Below, one piece after another: positions 13,421 to 24,496 of a DNA stretch of 64,000 nt. Each line of letters starts with the position of its first letter. The first letter of the stretch is position 1. Under the pieces are notes generated by a model, which ran no database searches, was not told the DNA's origin, and worked only from the letters and a program-made list of their open reading frames with translations. Location: contig QPGO01000037.1 of assembly GCA_008632985.1 (NCBI GenBank), forward strand, positions 186,001 through 250,000, read 5' to 3'. Origin of the DNA: Psammoneis japonica. Lineage: Eukaryota. A program made the translations under genes and the position numbers.

Positions 13421-14217
13421 ATCATTGACCAACCTTGCCAGATTTTCATCACCCATCACACACTTGTTGACACACACTTCTGCAGGTGCAAGTGCGGCAC
13501 CATTGGAGAAGACAGATGAGGGCACCTCCTCTTTCCCCAGCTCTGCCTCTGTTTTCCCAGTGCTGCAGCTGCCTGCCCTGTCAAGAGCCCCCAAAGCCCA
13601 CAATGAACTCACCTCTGGCAGCACAAGGATGCAGAGCTCTTCCTCTTCAGCCCAGTTTTGATCTCAAGCCATGTTTGGAGCTCCTTGTCCTTTTGTGCAG
13701 CCTGCAGTGCAATGATGCCCTCAGCCAACGGCAGCAGTGGGTCAATTCAGTCAAGCATTGCACAACACAAGAGCTTTGAAATTCAAAAGCATGCTGCTGT
13801 GCTCAGTTCTAGAAAGATGAAAGCACACTGCACAATTTTAGAAAGTCGGACCAGTTTCAGCACGCAGATGAATGCCACAACAAAGCATTGAGAAAAACCC
13901 AAAGTGTCAGATGTGCGGTTGGCGTGCAAATGGTTGACAAAACCCGCTCATTTCAGCATTTGTTGGGGCTTGGGTTATGGTCACTGGGTGTGCATTGACA
14001 ATGATGAGAGCACCACTTCAATTCGTCCCCATTACTGTCACAACAAATTGCACTTCAACAACCACAACAAGAAAAACTGCAATTACAATTTACTTTGCCC
14101 CATTTTACGGGGTTCAATTAGAACTATTTCCTATGATAATGTTGTGGCGCCTAAAACACGAAATCCAAGAATGCATGTATGTACCATGCAGCACACATAA
14201 GTCAATACGGCGGCACT

Positions 14218-14898
14218 TTACGTGTCCATTTTGGACTGCAAGATTTGCAACAGCTGTTCTTCTTTTTGAGCGTGAAACGAGTTCCTTGCCTTGCTTGCTT
14301 CATTTTCCTTCACGAGATTCTTGTTTTCCATTCTTACTCGGCTCACCTCGCGCTTCATTTCCTTCATACTATCCTGGTAACTTTCCACAGCATAGTACGA
14401 TGGCCTCTTCTTGAGTGCCTGAATGACTTCGTCGGCCGTCGACCGATCGCTTGTGGCAATGTCAATTGGAAAGTTTCCCCAGTTGTTCCGAACATCAAGG
14501 GCGTCAGGAAAGGCAAGAAGAAGCCGGTGGATTGCACCAAATGATGCGCCATTGGCACACGCATGATGAAGAGGAAGCTGGCCATCATTATCTCTCTGTC
14601 TGGCGCCCTCTGGATAGGCTTTGATCAAAGCGGTAATAATGGCCTCAGTGGGCTGGTGAATGCACGCTTCATGAATAGGGAGACGCCAGAACCCTCCGAA
14701 ACCTTGATTTTTCACCCAAATGGATGCGTCTTTTGGATTCGCCTCTAGAATGGAGGCACTTTCATCCCATTTCTGAAGCTCAACTGTCTTGAATAGCTCC
14801 GTGGAAGCGTCATAGTTCTGGACACGATCTTGAGGGAACTCGAAGGTTTCTCCGAAGGTAGAGCCGATGCAGCCAAACGGAAAGAGAAGATCGGTCAT
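14218..14898 (-). CDS. Ankyrin-repeat-like + coiled-coil protein (copy 2)
   Basis: 226-aa ORF with WRLPIHEAC, DGQLPLHHAC and NWGNFPIDIA. Paralog of 1-648. A possible 71-nt GTAAAG..TTTTAG intron at 14221-14151 could add a short last exon. Confidence 0.8.
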   Translation of the reverse strand: MTDLLFPFGCIGSTFGETFEFPQDRVQNYDASTELFKTVELQKWDESASILEANPKDASIWVKNQGFGGFWRLPIHEACIHQPTEAIITALIKAYPEGARQRDNDGQLPLHHACANGASFGAIHRLLLAFPDALDVRNNWGNFPIDIATSDRSTADEVIQALKKRPSYYAVESYQDSMKEMKREVSRVRMENKNLVKENEASKARNSFHAQKEEQLLQILQSKMDT

Positions 14899-15894
14899 GA
14901 GGAAGGCTTTTCAATCGTCAAGACTTTTGAGAATTGTGAGTATCGATGGGGGTTTCGAAAATCAATTCGGCGAACAAGCGAACTGGGGGCGACTTGTGTG
15001 AACGCCAAAAAGTGAGCCTGGTATTCGCCAATTAATTGCATATACGTGCCTTTATTTTATATATGATTTCTGAAAACCCTATAATCAAGTCGCTCACGGA
15101 AGCGTTGATCATTTCATAATCCTAAATGATAGACGTTTTCATACTCTTTTTCTCTCGCCTTACCGGCGCCCAACGGACGAGGACCGTTGCTTTCAATGCA
15201 GTTTTATAAAGCCTGAATAATTCAAATACAGATTCCCGACACATTCATAATCCTTGATTCCTTAGGATATTTATGCTCAATCTTGGCTAAGTAGACTCTA
15301 CGCGGGATGTACGTCCTCTTTCTTGATAGTGAAAAAGTGCTTTCCGTGTCGAGGAGTCGCGCTCGCCCCACGCCGCGCCGCCATCCACACTTTCACCACA
15401 AAGCCGCGGCAATCTCTGGGCAACACACGTTTTCCTCCTGGCGTCTTTCTGGTACCGTATGATTCAGACGCTTCTTTCACTTATCTTTTTTGGGAAGTTA
15501 TCAACAGACAACAATGCTTCGATCATCGGCAAACCTTGCTGCGGATGATGTAACAATAACATGCGTAAGTGCATTCAATACACGAGATGAGTTTTTTCCT
15601 GACCTGGCATATACTATTCATTGATGTATTCGCTATAAAATTTTCGTACTGGTTTGTACTTCTATGAACTTATTTGCCATGAAGACGAATATTCTTCCGT
15701 TACTAACGTCCAATCAAGGTGGAATTTTTTGCTCGTCTTGGATGGCGATGGACCGGCTTCCGATTCGCCAATGAACGTTCTTGGTGCTTTTCCTGTTCCA
15801 TCCATTATCTTTAATTGCTATCTTATCCTCGCCATGAGAATCTCTGACAGCTCTTTTGTATTTTCGTCTACGACACTTTTGTTACTCACTACAG

Positions 15895-17182
15895 AGGGTT
15901 CGTCGGTCAAAGTTTGCCGTGAACCCGACCTTTGGAGAGCCTCTCGAAATGTCAATCACGATGAGATATTGGCACCCTGAAGAGACATATCCTGCTGATA
16001 TCGACACAGCTACATTATCACATAGCAGATCAACCTCGAATTCCAATTTAATAGCTCTACTCGTCGGAGACGCGGAACAACATGATCCAGAGTTGGTCCT
16101 TTGTCCGCTGCTAGAGAGCCCGCTAGGAGGGGGCGGTGGTGGCCCGATTAGGCTGAGTGATCGCTTTCAATCCTTCGGAACAAATGATTCTCCAAGTTAT
16201 GGATCAGCCCCAAACTCGAGAAACCCGTCTGTCTGTCGTGGTAGACAATCTATTACATCCATAAGCAGCTCCAAACAACCGCGGAGCAGAAACTCATCCA
16301 GACAACGTAGTCGGAATGCATCCGGGATGTTTTCGACCGAGGACTTTAATCTAAAGCCTCCTGTTCCAATGCGTCAGAGGCCCTCTGTGGAGGAGAAACC
16401 CAAAGAGAATGAGTCTTATGTGATTTCTCTGAGCGATATTCTTGTTGTGGACGACTTTTCCAAACCGACTGGTGGCGTTTCTCGAAACGATAGCCGCATG
16501 ACTGTGACGACGCTCAACAGTGGATTTTTCGAATTTAGCTTTCAAAGCGAAATGACACACGACCTTTTGCTGGCCTTTCTAAAGGCCAACCTGAGCGAGG
16601 AGCGCATCACGGACGGCGTTGTCACTACCGCGGCAGAAGAGACCGATATTGCTCAACCCGCCATTTCCGCCTGCTGCAGCAAGGAGCTGTTTGATGCAGA
16701 AACACTGACTGCGAAACGAATGGAAGAGCGAGTTAAAAAGGAGGGAATGACCGAACGACTTCGAAGAAGGTTTTCACATTTTGCTACAAGAGTTGGTGAA
16801 CGTGAGTACCGCCTGTTGAATATGAGCGACGCTCTGGTGTTGATTGTGATTCTGTGCTTCGCTGAACGCCCTGCATTATTGTCTTTTGCCTCAAACAGTA
16901 TCAAATGACTTTGCCGACTGTGCATGCGGTCGTCAGGTTGCCCCTGACGATGTCAGCAAGCGACAAACTCCGGACAGACATTTTGAATTCCCGGCTGACT
17001 TAGAGCTATCCTACAGCCACCGTCATTTAGAAATGAGCCAAAGCAACATGCAAGCGACTGAGATTCAAAACAACAACAACAACAATAAGGGCCTATCGGA
17101 TGGAACTCCGGCGGTGGAAAAGATCAGTTTTGAAGACGACTCTGTATCCCCCGAAACTGAACCGGAACACGCCTTTGTATAG
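15895..17182 (+). CDS. Hypothetical protein (Ser/Arg-rich), spliced; 5' exon unresolved
   Basis: Long ORF 15856-16908. Intron GTGAGT..AACAG at 16802-16898 joins in frame (VGE-L-SNDFADCAC) to a last exon ending at 17182. Probable acceptor CTACAG at ~15894. Confidence 0.65.
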
Positions 17183-17535
17183 AAAGCGTGTTGCCGGTTC
17201 TGTCTTCTGCGTACTGTACCGTGTATTGAATCATCCGAGGACGAAGCGTCGATATGGCCCTTCGTAACCTCTGTGTCAGGATTATGATAATATTAGAGAA
17301 ACCGGCTATTATTACTCTTTTTCTCTGTAATGTCGAGTAAGAATAGTGTAAGGTGAGGTAGAATATCGAAAACGCTGTCTCTTGCAGTTGACGAGAATAA
17401 CCAAGAACGAGCTCAGATTGCAGTTAAAAAATATTTGTAGCCCCCACTGAAAGGTCGGGAACGAAATGGCAAACAAAGTGCCTTCTTCTTCATTGCTCAA
17501 TCGATGTGTTTTAAATCAACAATAGCATTCTTACC

Positions 17536-17736
17536 TCAGTTGTGAAGATACAGCTGGACCGCAACCCAATGTATGATGCAACCAAAAAGTGCCGGTACCG
17601 CCGTCAGAGGCAGCAAAACCAGAGGAGTCGAGTTGCTGCCTCCAATCAACGCATAAAACGCCGACGCTCCAAGAAGGAGAGCACACAGAATGAGTACCAC
17701 ACCTACGGCTGGAACTGTTCTGTTCCTCTCGTCCAT
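17536..17736 (-). CDS. PIGY: PIG-Y/Eri1-like small subunit of GPI-GlcNAc transferase
   Basis: 66 aa, two hydrophobic helices. LLPLTAVP..IHWVAVQLYLHN resembles the PIG-Y C-terminus LLLPITIP..WTWMGIKLFRHN. Confidence 0.65.
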   Translation of the reverse strand: MDERNRTVPAVGVVLILCALLLGASAFYALIGGSNSTPLVLLPLTAVPALFGCIIHWVAVQLYLHN

Positions 17737-18148
17737 TGCATGTCGTCAGAAAGAGCGCCGTAGCCGCTGTGCTTCACCTATCATCGGCAACAGTTTTAGA
17801 CTAAACGTCAAACACAGCTTTAGCCGAGCTGACAGCCAACGTGCGTCGTGCGCGCGATGCACCAGCCAATCAATCAATCAAAGCATGCAGTACCATACGT
17901 ACATGCGTCTGGCCGAGCATCCTTTCGAACGCGGCTTCCCGCTCTCTTCCACCTTGACCTTCGTCCTGAAAAGTGAAGCAGAGCGTTTTGTTACACATCT
18001 TCATCACCATGGGAGCAGCAATCAAGGTGAAATCATTTTGGAAAGTAAGCAGCTTTGTGCAGGTTGTGGCACTATCGGTACTAATGACGGACCGCTGCAT
18101 GGAAGGAACAGGATTGAGCTAGGTGGAATGTACAGCACTCGCGTTTCT

Positions 18149-19387
18149 CTATTTACTCAACTCCCGTGGTGGTCCCAGCTGTTTCCTTGCCGCAGAGTCT
18201 GCAATGTTCTGGTACTCCGCCAAAGTATTCCACGGATGATCGATGCACCGATTGGAGTCTACGGATGCCATGTCGCACAAGAGCAATCGAGTTGCTTCTA
18301 CTGTACTGATTTCCCTCCATTTGATGGGATGCCTTCTTAGCTGAAGCCCACTTCTCGGTGAGCGCTCTCCATCGTTTTCGCTTTTTGATGAATTTTCGTG
18401 TCTTTGAGATAAAAACGCTAACGCCTCTTGACTGAGCTGCACCCGAGGAGGTCCACCCGCAGCTTCCAATGGAATTTGACGCTGCAGTTTTCTTGCCTGA
18501 GACCAAGTACCATCGATTATAATTACGTCCCATTTGCCATTGTGATAAAAATCGTCTGAATCGAGCTGTTCAGTGGCTCTCGTAGCTTTTGTGTTTTCGT
18601 AGTATTCTTTGTCCAGCTCTTCAAATGTTCGAGCATCGTCAGCTGGGAAAAGGACAAGGCATTTTCTTCTCTCCGCGACATTTTTGAATGATTGTGGTTT
18701 GCAGTCTAGGCCCATGGCCGCGTTTAATTCTGCCATTGACTCTTGATACGTTGCATCTATTCCTCCGACAACAAGACGGCATTTGTCCGGAAAGGCTCTT
18801 AGAATGAGTTTTGCCGTGTCCACCACAAGCCCGACCTCCTTGTGGTGCATGAGCAAAAAAATTCGTCCGACATTTCGAGGTAGCTTTTCAATCGGCGGGC
18901 ACGTATGGCAAACACAGTGGGCTTTTTGCAACCAACAGCTCGTACAGTCCCCACTGCGATCCAACGCCTGCAAACGCGTATACAAGTTTCGAGCGACTCC
19001 GAGATTCTGTCGTTCCCTAGGATCGACGCTGAGAATGTCTTTGCTGAATGCTTCATTTCCATGGTTGTGGAGTACACGATCTACTGTCTCCTTGACTTCA
19101 CATATGAATCTTGATTCGGATTTCTCCTGCATTTTCTGGACCTGCATCGAGTACTTCTTGCCTGAACTATGCCTATGGCTTTGTCCAAAGCCTCCTATGA
19201 ATGCGCAGGTAACCACGGGATTCTCCCGTGAAGATGTTATTTTTGGAGGCATGTTTGACAAAGAGCCAATACATTCACTCGCTCTTTCGAAACGCAACAT
19301 CGACCCAGCCACTCTCTTTGGCATCGACGCCATGATGAACAAGCAAATCAATCCAATTCCACTGTGACTTAGACGCGAAAAGCTCAT
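18149..19387 (-). CDS. DTW-domain protein (tRNA-uridine aminocarboxypropyltransferase-like)
   Basis: CTSCWLQKAHCVC zinc motif, LMHHKE..DTAKLI, LVLFP, IIIDGTWSQARKL, ISTVEA. The N-terminal extension may be a targeting peptide. Confidence 0.9.
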   Translation of the reverse strand: MSFSRLSHSGIGLICLFIMASMPKRVAGSMLRFERASECIGSLSNMPPKITSSRENPVVTCAFIGGFGQSHRHSSGKKYSMQVQKMQEKSESRFICEVKETVDRVLHNHGNEAFSKDILSVDPRERQNLGVARNLYTRLQALDRSGDCTSCWLQKAHCVCHTCPPIEKLPRNVGRIFLLMHHKEVGLVVDTAKLILRAFPDKCRLVVGGIDATYQESMAELNAAMGLDCKPQSFKNVAERRKCLVLFPADDARTFEELDKEYYENTKATRATEQLDSDDFYHNGKWDVIIIDGTWSQARKLQRQIPLEAAGGPPRVQLSQEALAFLSQRHENSSKSENDGERSPRSGLQLRRHPIKWREISTVEATRLLLCDMASVDSNRCIDHPWNTLAEYQNIADSAARKQLGPPRELSK

Positions 19388-19617
19388 TTGTCGAAGTCGA
19401 ACTCTACTTGATACAAGTGTCCGTCATGAATTCACTCAAGCACAAGATCGACAGCAAAAATGTAGATAGCGCATAGCGCATGTCCAACGAAGCAAGCATG
19501 GTGTGTTTCTTGATTTGTGGAAATTGGAAAAATTCCAAAATTGTGTCAAATTTGAAAATTTCAAATTGTGCGTTGCAGCGAGCATGGTCCTTTCTCTGCT
19601 CTAGCTCTAGCACTGTA

Positions 19618-19657
19618 GAGAGGAGAGAGAGAGAGAGAGAGTAGAGAGAGTGAGAGG
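19618..19657. repeat. Imperfect (GA)n microsatellite
   Basis: gagaggagagagagagagagagagtagagagagtgagag. Confidence 0.85.
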
Positions 19658-19689
19658 GCCCCATTGCTGCTCAAGACAACCTCTGTCTC

Positions 19690-20900
19690 TAGCTGCAATG
19701 CATTCTAATCTCTGCCACAGGGCAGTGTTGCAAACTGTGTGTGAAGTCAGAAACATGGTGCCGCACCATCATTCCAACGAACTTGCTGCACTCTGCAAGA
19801 GATGACAACAGAGTCCAGTTGATTTTCTTTTGGACAAAACCAATTTTTTGACATTTCCTTTCATCAACTGAATGGCTGGCTGTGCACAGTGGCCAGACTT
19901 GGGGGGTTCTGTTGAAGAGAACTGTGCATGGAACGCTTCTCCGACTTGAAAACAACACGGCAGACAAGGTCCTGGTCACAAGGAATGCCAAAGCCCCGTC
20001 CAACACAGAGACATTCCACCCAATTTCTAATCCTTTTGAGCAATGCCCCACTTTTCAGCTGCAAAAACCACCACTGCACAATGCACCCACACGGCATTGT
20101 TGTTTTTCACAGCTCTTGCCGGTGGGGCCTGCCAAGTTGTGTCACTGGACCTCCTGCTGACAACACCACTTGTGACTCCATGTTGATTTCTTCACCATGG
20201 CACATGTCAGCCACAAAGCAGATTGCAAGAAGCAAAACGAAACAGGAGAATCTTTTGATCCAGTTGCACCCGGCAGCTTGAAGGTTTTTAGAGAAGGCAA
20301 GCACATGGCTCCATTGAACATAAAAATGCCTCCTCTCCTCCACATCCATGCTGGTGGTGAAAACCACCAAGTTGGGGATGTGTCAGTGTTTCCTCCCAAG
20401 CCTCTCTTTGAAGTGGGTGAAAAGGCTCTTTTGCTTCATGACAAGCATGTCATCACAGATTCCAAGACCAAAGAGCCCGTCTGTTTCATGAAGGAAAAGA
20501 TCATGGCATTGTTGGATGACATGCAAATTACATTGGACACTGACAGCAACAAGGTGCATCCAATGTTGGGAAACATGAAACAGAAGACTAAGGGCCTCAA
20601 GAATGAAAAGGGAGAAGACCACTGAGGGACTGTTCACTTGGGTGAAGTCCCTCTAACAAAGAAAAACACAGCTGGTGGTCAGTGCATTGCCAATGTAAGC
20701 AGCCAGCGCAAGTTCAGAACTTTGCAGGTGCAGAAGCGAGCCGAAAAGATCACTTGGTTCAAGTCGCTCCCGGGGTTGATTTGGCACTCATTCTTGCTTT
20801 TGTCTTGGCGTGCGAGAAAATGGCACAGATGTGTAGAATGTAATTCTAAGTAGATTAGTTTGCACCCAAGGTCACAGTCATGAGTGAAGCTTGTTACGGA
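19690..20900. other. Hypermutated (CpG/TpA-depleted) domain B
   Basis: Same TG/CA-rich, Tyr-free composition as domain A, lying between two normal genes. Confidence 0.8.
20197..20800 (+). pseudogene. Decayed LURP-one/Tubby-C-like gene
   Basis: LFEVGEKALLLHDKHVITDSKTKEPVCFMKEKIMALLDDMQI resembles the LURP-one-related pattern (K.LSLHD...I.D....P...MK.K...L). In-frame stop at 20625, no Tyr. Confidence 0.45.
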
Positions 20901-21255
20901 ATTTCGGCTCCTGCTAGCCCGGGATATCTAGCAAAGTTATAGTAGGTCTTTCTCTCCATGCCGCATCTGCAGCTCACGGTGGACATGACAACCTAGGTAA
21001 GAAGTGCTAGATACTTTGAAACGCCCTGGTCGTGGAGGGGAGAGCTACAAGTGAGTCATCAAGACAATACATATGCGACTACCATGCAATTTCTGATATC
21101 ACACTGTCTCTAGCGAATCGTTGTCTTCCGTCGCTCCCGACATGGGAGGTCTGTACGGTGTGGTCTTCCGTAGTAGGAGTAGGAAGCATGTGCTGACAGC
21201 TGCGTATTTAAATTTCTCTAGAGAAACGAGTACCACGACGTGATAGTCTACACGG

Positions 21256-22548
21256 TCAGTCATTGTTCGCTTCACGTGCTCTGAGCTGCGATAGAATATA
21301 CGCCATCTCTTCCTCACACCCATCCATCTCTGACACTTGATAGAAATTCCTTAATTCGTCCGTGGGAACGTCTTTACGATTAATCATTTGGAATTTGAGC
21401 ATGGACGTAATCGTGTCTCGCACCGTGTCGGCAACAGCGTGCCGTTTCAAACCCAACTTTTTCTCCGGATTTGACCAATGAGACTTGTCGTGAGTTGACC
21501 AATTGACTGACTCACCAGCACTACTATCAGAATACGATGCAGAGTCATCGCTGTTCTCAGATGAAGACTCACTGCCACTATCACTTCCTCCACTCTGGTC
21601 AATGTCGCTTTCATTGCTTGGAGGATCGGCAATCTGACTCGAGTAGTCTGAAAACTCTTTTCTCAGCAATTCAATCATGGCGGCGGGTGAAAGATACTCT
21701 TGATCGGGTGCTCCATTGTAGTATCGTGATCCATTCTCAACATTATCAGATTCTAGCATGAGTCGCTGTGTCTCTGCCACATCCCTTACATCGCACACGT
21801 TCCAGTGCATGCCGAGACAATACTTGCCACCAAACATTTCTCCCAATCGATGCTGATAGGTCATGTCGTGCAAGGGAGCGGTTAAAATGGGACCCAGCAC
21901 GTGTGTGGGACACGAAGAGCAGCAAATAATGCCATGAGCTTTTCCAAAATTGTAAATCAAACGCTCGCAATCGACCTTTCCCTTGCCATAAGCATTTTCT
22001 TCTACGGAATATTCGTCTCCAATATCGTCTCTTGTTACAAGAGGCCCTGCACAACCTGAGCTCGTGTAAACAAGCTTCTTAACCGTTTTGCTCTTTAAAA
22101 TTGAATTCAAAATATGCTTCATGGGCAACACATAACTGTCGTAAACCCCTTGATCGTAGGACTTGCTGTTGTTTTCGCTTGACTCTTTACCCAGAGCTTG
22201 ATCGACAGGCAAGGTTCGACCCGGTACATTGGTAGCGTCCATCCAACGCCGGTCAGTTCCAAAATTGCCACTGACGTGAAAAATAGCTTGGCAACCCGCA
22301 AAGATAGCATCATAACTACCCTCAATCATCATGTCGGCCTCGTGAATCTCCAAAACTCCCCCGGTATTCAGGTTGTTCATGTCTAGCAGATGGGAGGTGC
22401 GTTTGAGACTCTTCTTGTCACGAACACATGCTCGAACGGTATAACCATGTCGCACGAGCTCAAGGCAAACATGGGAGCCGATATATCCTGAAGCGCCCGT
22501 TACTGCTACAATTATTGTACCAGCGGCAGTTGCGAGTGACGACGCCAT
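21256..22548 (-). CDS. NAD-dependent epimerase/dehydratase (extended SDR, DFR/CCR-like)
   Basis: VAVTGASGYIG Rossmann motif, LVYTSS, YGKGK (YxxxK), DVRDVA. Acidic Ser-rich insertion near the C-terminus. First ATG at 22548. Confidence 0.9.
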   Translation of the reverse strand: MASSLATAAGTIIVAVTGASGYIGSHVCLELVRHGYTVRACVRDKKSLKRTSHLLDMNNLNTGGVLEIHEADMMIEGSYDAIFAGCQAIFHVSGNFGTDRRWMDATNVPGRTLPVDQALGKESSENNSKSYDQGVYDSYVLPMKHILNSILKSKTVKKLVYTSSGCAGPLVTRDDIGDEYSVEENAYGKGKVDCERLIYNFGKAHGIICCSSCPTHVLGPILTAPLHDMTYQHRLGEMFGGKYCLGMHWNVCDVRDVAETQRLMLESDNVENGSRYYNGAPDQEYLSPAAMIELLRKEFSDYSSQIADPPSNESDIDQSGGSDSGSESSSENSDDSASYSDSSAGESVNWSTHDKSHWSNPEKKLGLKRHAVADTVRDTITSMLKFQMINRKDVPTDELRNFYQVSEMDGCEEEMAYILSQLRAREANND

Positions 22549-23149
22549 GGTGATGCGCGAAAACTTCTGAAAAGCTGCGAGCTGCGAAAAGATCCAAAGA
22601 TCCAATGATTATTTTTATACGTGACTTAGAACTCGGTAATCCATTTCTGCAGCGGGTTTGCTGTCGTAAGCAAGCTCTTTCGTTTTCTCTCACTACTGTA
22701 GACTACGAAGTAAATTGAAAATTTGCCATTTGATCCAGACTATCTCTACCGGTAGAGCGATAGTTAGCACATTGCAGAACATGAAGTAACAGTTACATAT
22801 TAAAAAGCTGTTTCTGAAAGCCTGAACACCTGGGTGGCCCCAAAACAAGTTGAAATGCCTGGGTCGAGCGAAGTGCTGCTGTCCCGAGTTCTGCATGGCA
22901 AGACGCCTCCATTAATTGGACGTGCGTCTGTCCGATGGGTGTTGTGGTCGTTGCTGGTTGCCAGCTCTGCAACAAACTGATCAGTTAGAAGAGAACAACA
23001 GGGAACAATTTTCAACTGCTCACGACTTAAAATCGTACAAGTACGCCGTAGTTGACTCGTGGTTCAAAAGATCAAGTCGTGCCGCGTCCGACAAATGATG
23101 AAAGCATCGGTCCCGACAGAGCCATTATTTGTCCAGAGCAAATCTCAAC

Positions 23150-24496
23150 ATGGGCAACTCGGTCTCCTTCTCTAATTTAACCCAGTGGGCTTCATGGACG
23201 CGCCCAAACCCAAAGAAGCTGTTGATGCTTGGTTTGGATGCCGCAGGGAAAACAACCCTATTATATAGTCTCAAGTTGGGCGAGCCGGTACCCACAATCC
23301 CCACGATCGGATTCAACGTGGAAGAATTTAAAACCCAATCCAACATCTTCGTTGCGTGGGATGTGGGCGGTCGGAGTAGGATTCGAACCGTTCAACGTCA
23401 CTATTATAAAGATACGGATGGCATCGTCTTCGTCGTGGACTCGAACGACCGGGAGCGCATGGATCAAGCGAGAGATGAACTACACCAACTTTTCGAGGAG
23501 GAAGAATTGCGCGGAGTTCCATTTTTGATCATGTGCAACAAGCAAGATTTGCCCAACGCCATGTCGCCCAAAGAGATTCTTCTACAGTTGCTGGTTCCCA
23601 ATGATCAAGATGACTTGAAACGACCCTTGCGTGCTATGGGATGCGTTGCAAAAACAGGTCAAGGACTAGAAGATGGTCTGATCTGGTTTTCTGAAGTCGT
23701 CAAGATTGTACAGGATGACGTCTCAGTTGAGGCCAATCCTCAAGGCAAAGCTGAGTCCAACAAACCCACGTCCTCGTCGGTACAACATCTTGTCGAGCAG
23801 CTCGGTTACGACCCTTCTGACGCCAAGCGGAATCCTGTCCTCAAGAGTTTCCGTCCTATTCAGCTGGGGACCGAATGTCCTTTTGCAAAGGCCGCCAAAC
23901 TCTGGGGCGTCACGTCCGAGAAAATGGCAGTCAATGCTGAGGTCTTATCGGCTTTTGTGCAGCAGAGCCAGAAAGGTGACGCACTGGATGGATTTTGTGT
24001 CCAATTGCCTCCTGAGGCATCGTTAGTTTCTCACCCGAAACAATTTGGAACGTACGTGTACGACGCTCTTCGGCTCTTGTCTGATTTGGATCCATCAGGA
24101 GAACGCGTCATGCAAGTCAACTATATTGGTGCTCGAGGATGGCGCTTTCGATTCGCCAAGGAGGACTTTTTCGTCACGACATTTGCGCCGTGTTATCCCT
24201 CCACCTCAAGTCGATATGCATTTGGTACTGGCAAGGCATTTGTACTGCTACAACCAGAGCGTTCTTTCCATCGTCATAAGCTTCCTGATGATACACCCTT
24301 GACTATGGACCCACCACAAACGATCCGTGACAAGACAAGATTGGCTTTTCGTGAGGCCGGCCGTAGCTACAGCATTCCTGCTACGACCAAATACCCACCC
24401 GCAGAGCACATTGTCAAGCCCATTGTGGATGACGGTGTCGTTATCATTCGTTGGTGGGAAAGGGAGAGCAACAGCGAAACCAAGGAAGCAGGATAA
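23150..24496 (+). CDS. Arf-family small GTPase fused to a YqcI/YcgG-like C-terminal domain
   Basis: MGNSVS myristoylation motif, [21 protein letters not shown](R), NKQD. C-terminal half [41 protein letters not shown]. Confidence 0.85.
   Translation: MGNSVSFSNLTQWASWTRPNPKKLLMLGLDAAGKTTLLYSLKLGEPVPTIPTIGFNVEEFKTQSNIFVAWDVGGRSRIRTVQRHYYKDTDGIVFVVDSNDRERMDQARDELHQLFEEEELRGVPFLIMCNKQDLPNAMSPKEILLQLLVPNDQDDLKRPLRAMGCVAKTGQGLEDGLIWFSEVVKIVQDDVSVEANPQGKAESNKPTSSSVQHLVEQLGYDPSDAKRNPVLKSFRPIQLGTECPFAKAAKLWGVTSEKMAVNAEVLSAFVQQSQKGDALDGFCVQLPPEASLVSHPKQFGTYVYDALRLLSDLDPSGERVMQVNYIGARGWRFRFAKEDFFVTTFAPCYPSTSSRYAFGTGKAFVLLQPERSFHRHKLPDDTPLTMDPPQTIRDKTRLAFREAGRSYSIPATTKYPPAEHIVKPIVDDGVVIIRWWERESNSETKEAG

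Larger units (their letters stand above)
965..13990. other. Hypermutated (CpG- and TpA-depleted) repeat domain A
   Basis: By eye CG and TA are rare and TG/CA abundant. Six-frame translations almost lack Tyr and are Cys/His/Gln-rich. Contains Copia and LINE relics. Right edge approximate. Confidence 0.9.

Noticed and set aside
1060..13900. Numerous overlapping 100-300 aa Cys/His-rich ORFs on both strands (also in domains C-F)
   Set aside because: By-product of TpA loss, which removes TAA/TAG stops and Tyr codons; not real Cys-rich proteins.
965..13990. Classical fungal RIP or an alternative genetic code as the explanation
   Set aside because: RIP enriches TpA whereas it is depleted here. Neighbouring genes use the standard code with normal Tyr, and the relics also contain frameshifts and TGA stops.
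17690..18340. 216-aa plus-strand ORF
   Set aside because: Antisense to the PIG-Y-like and DTW genes, with no recognisable motif.
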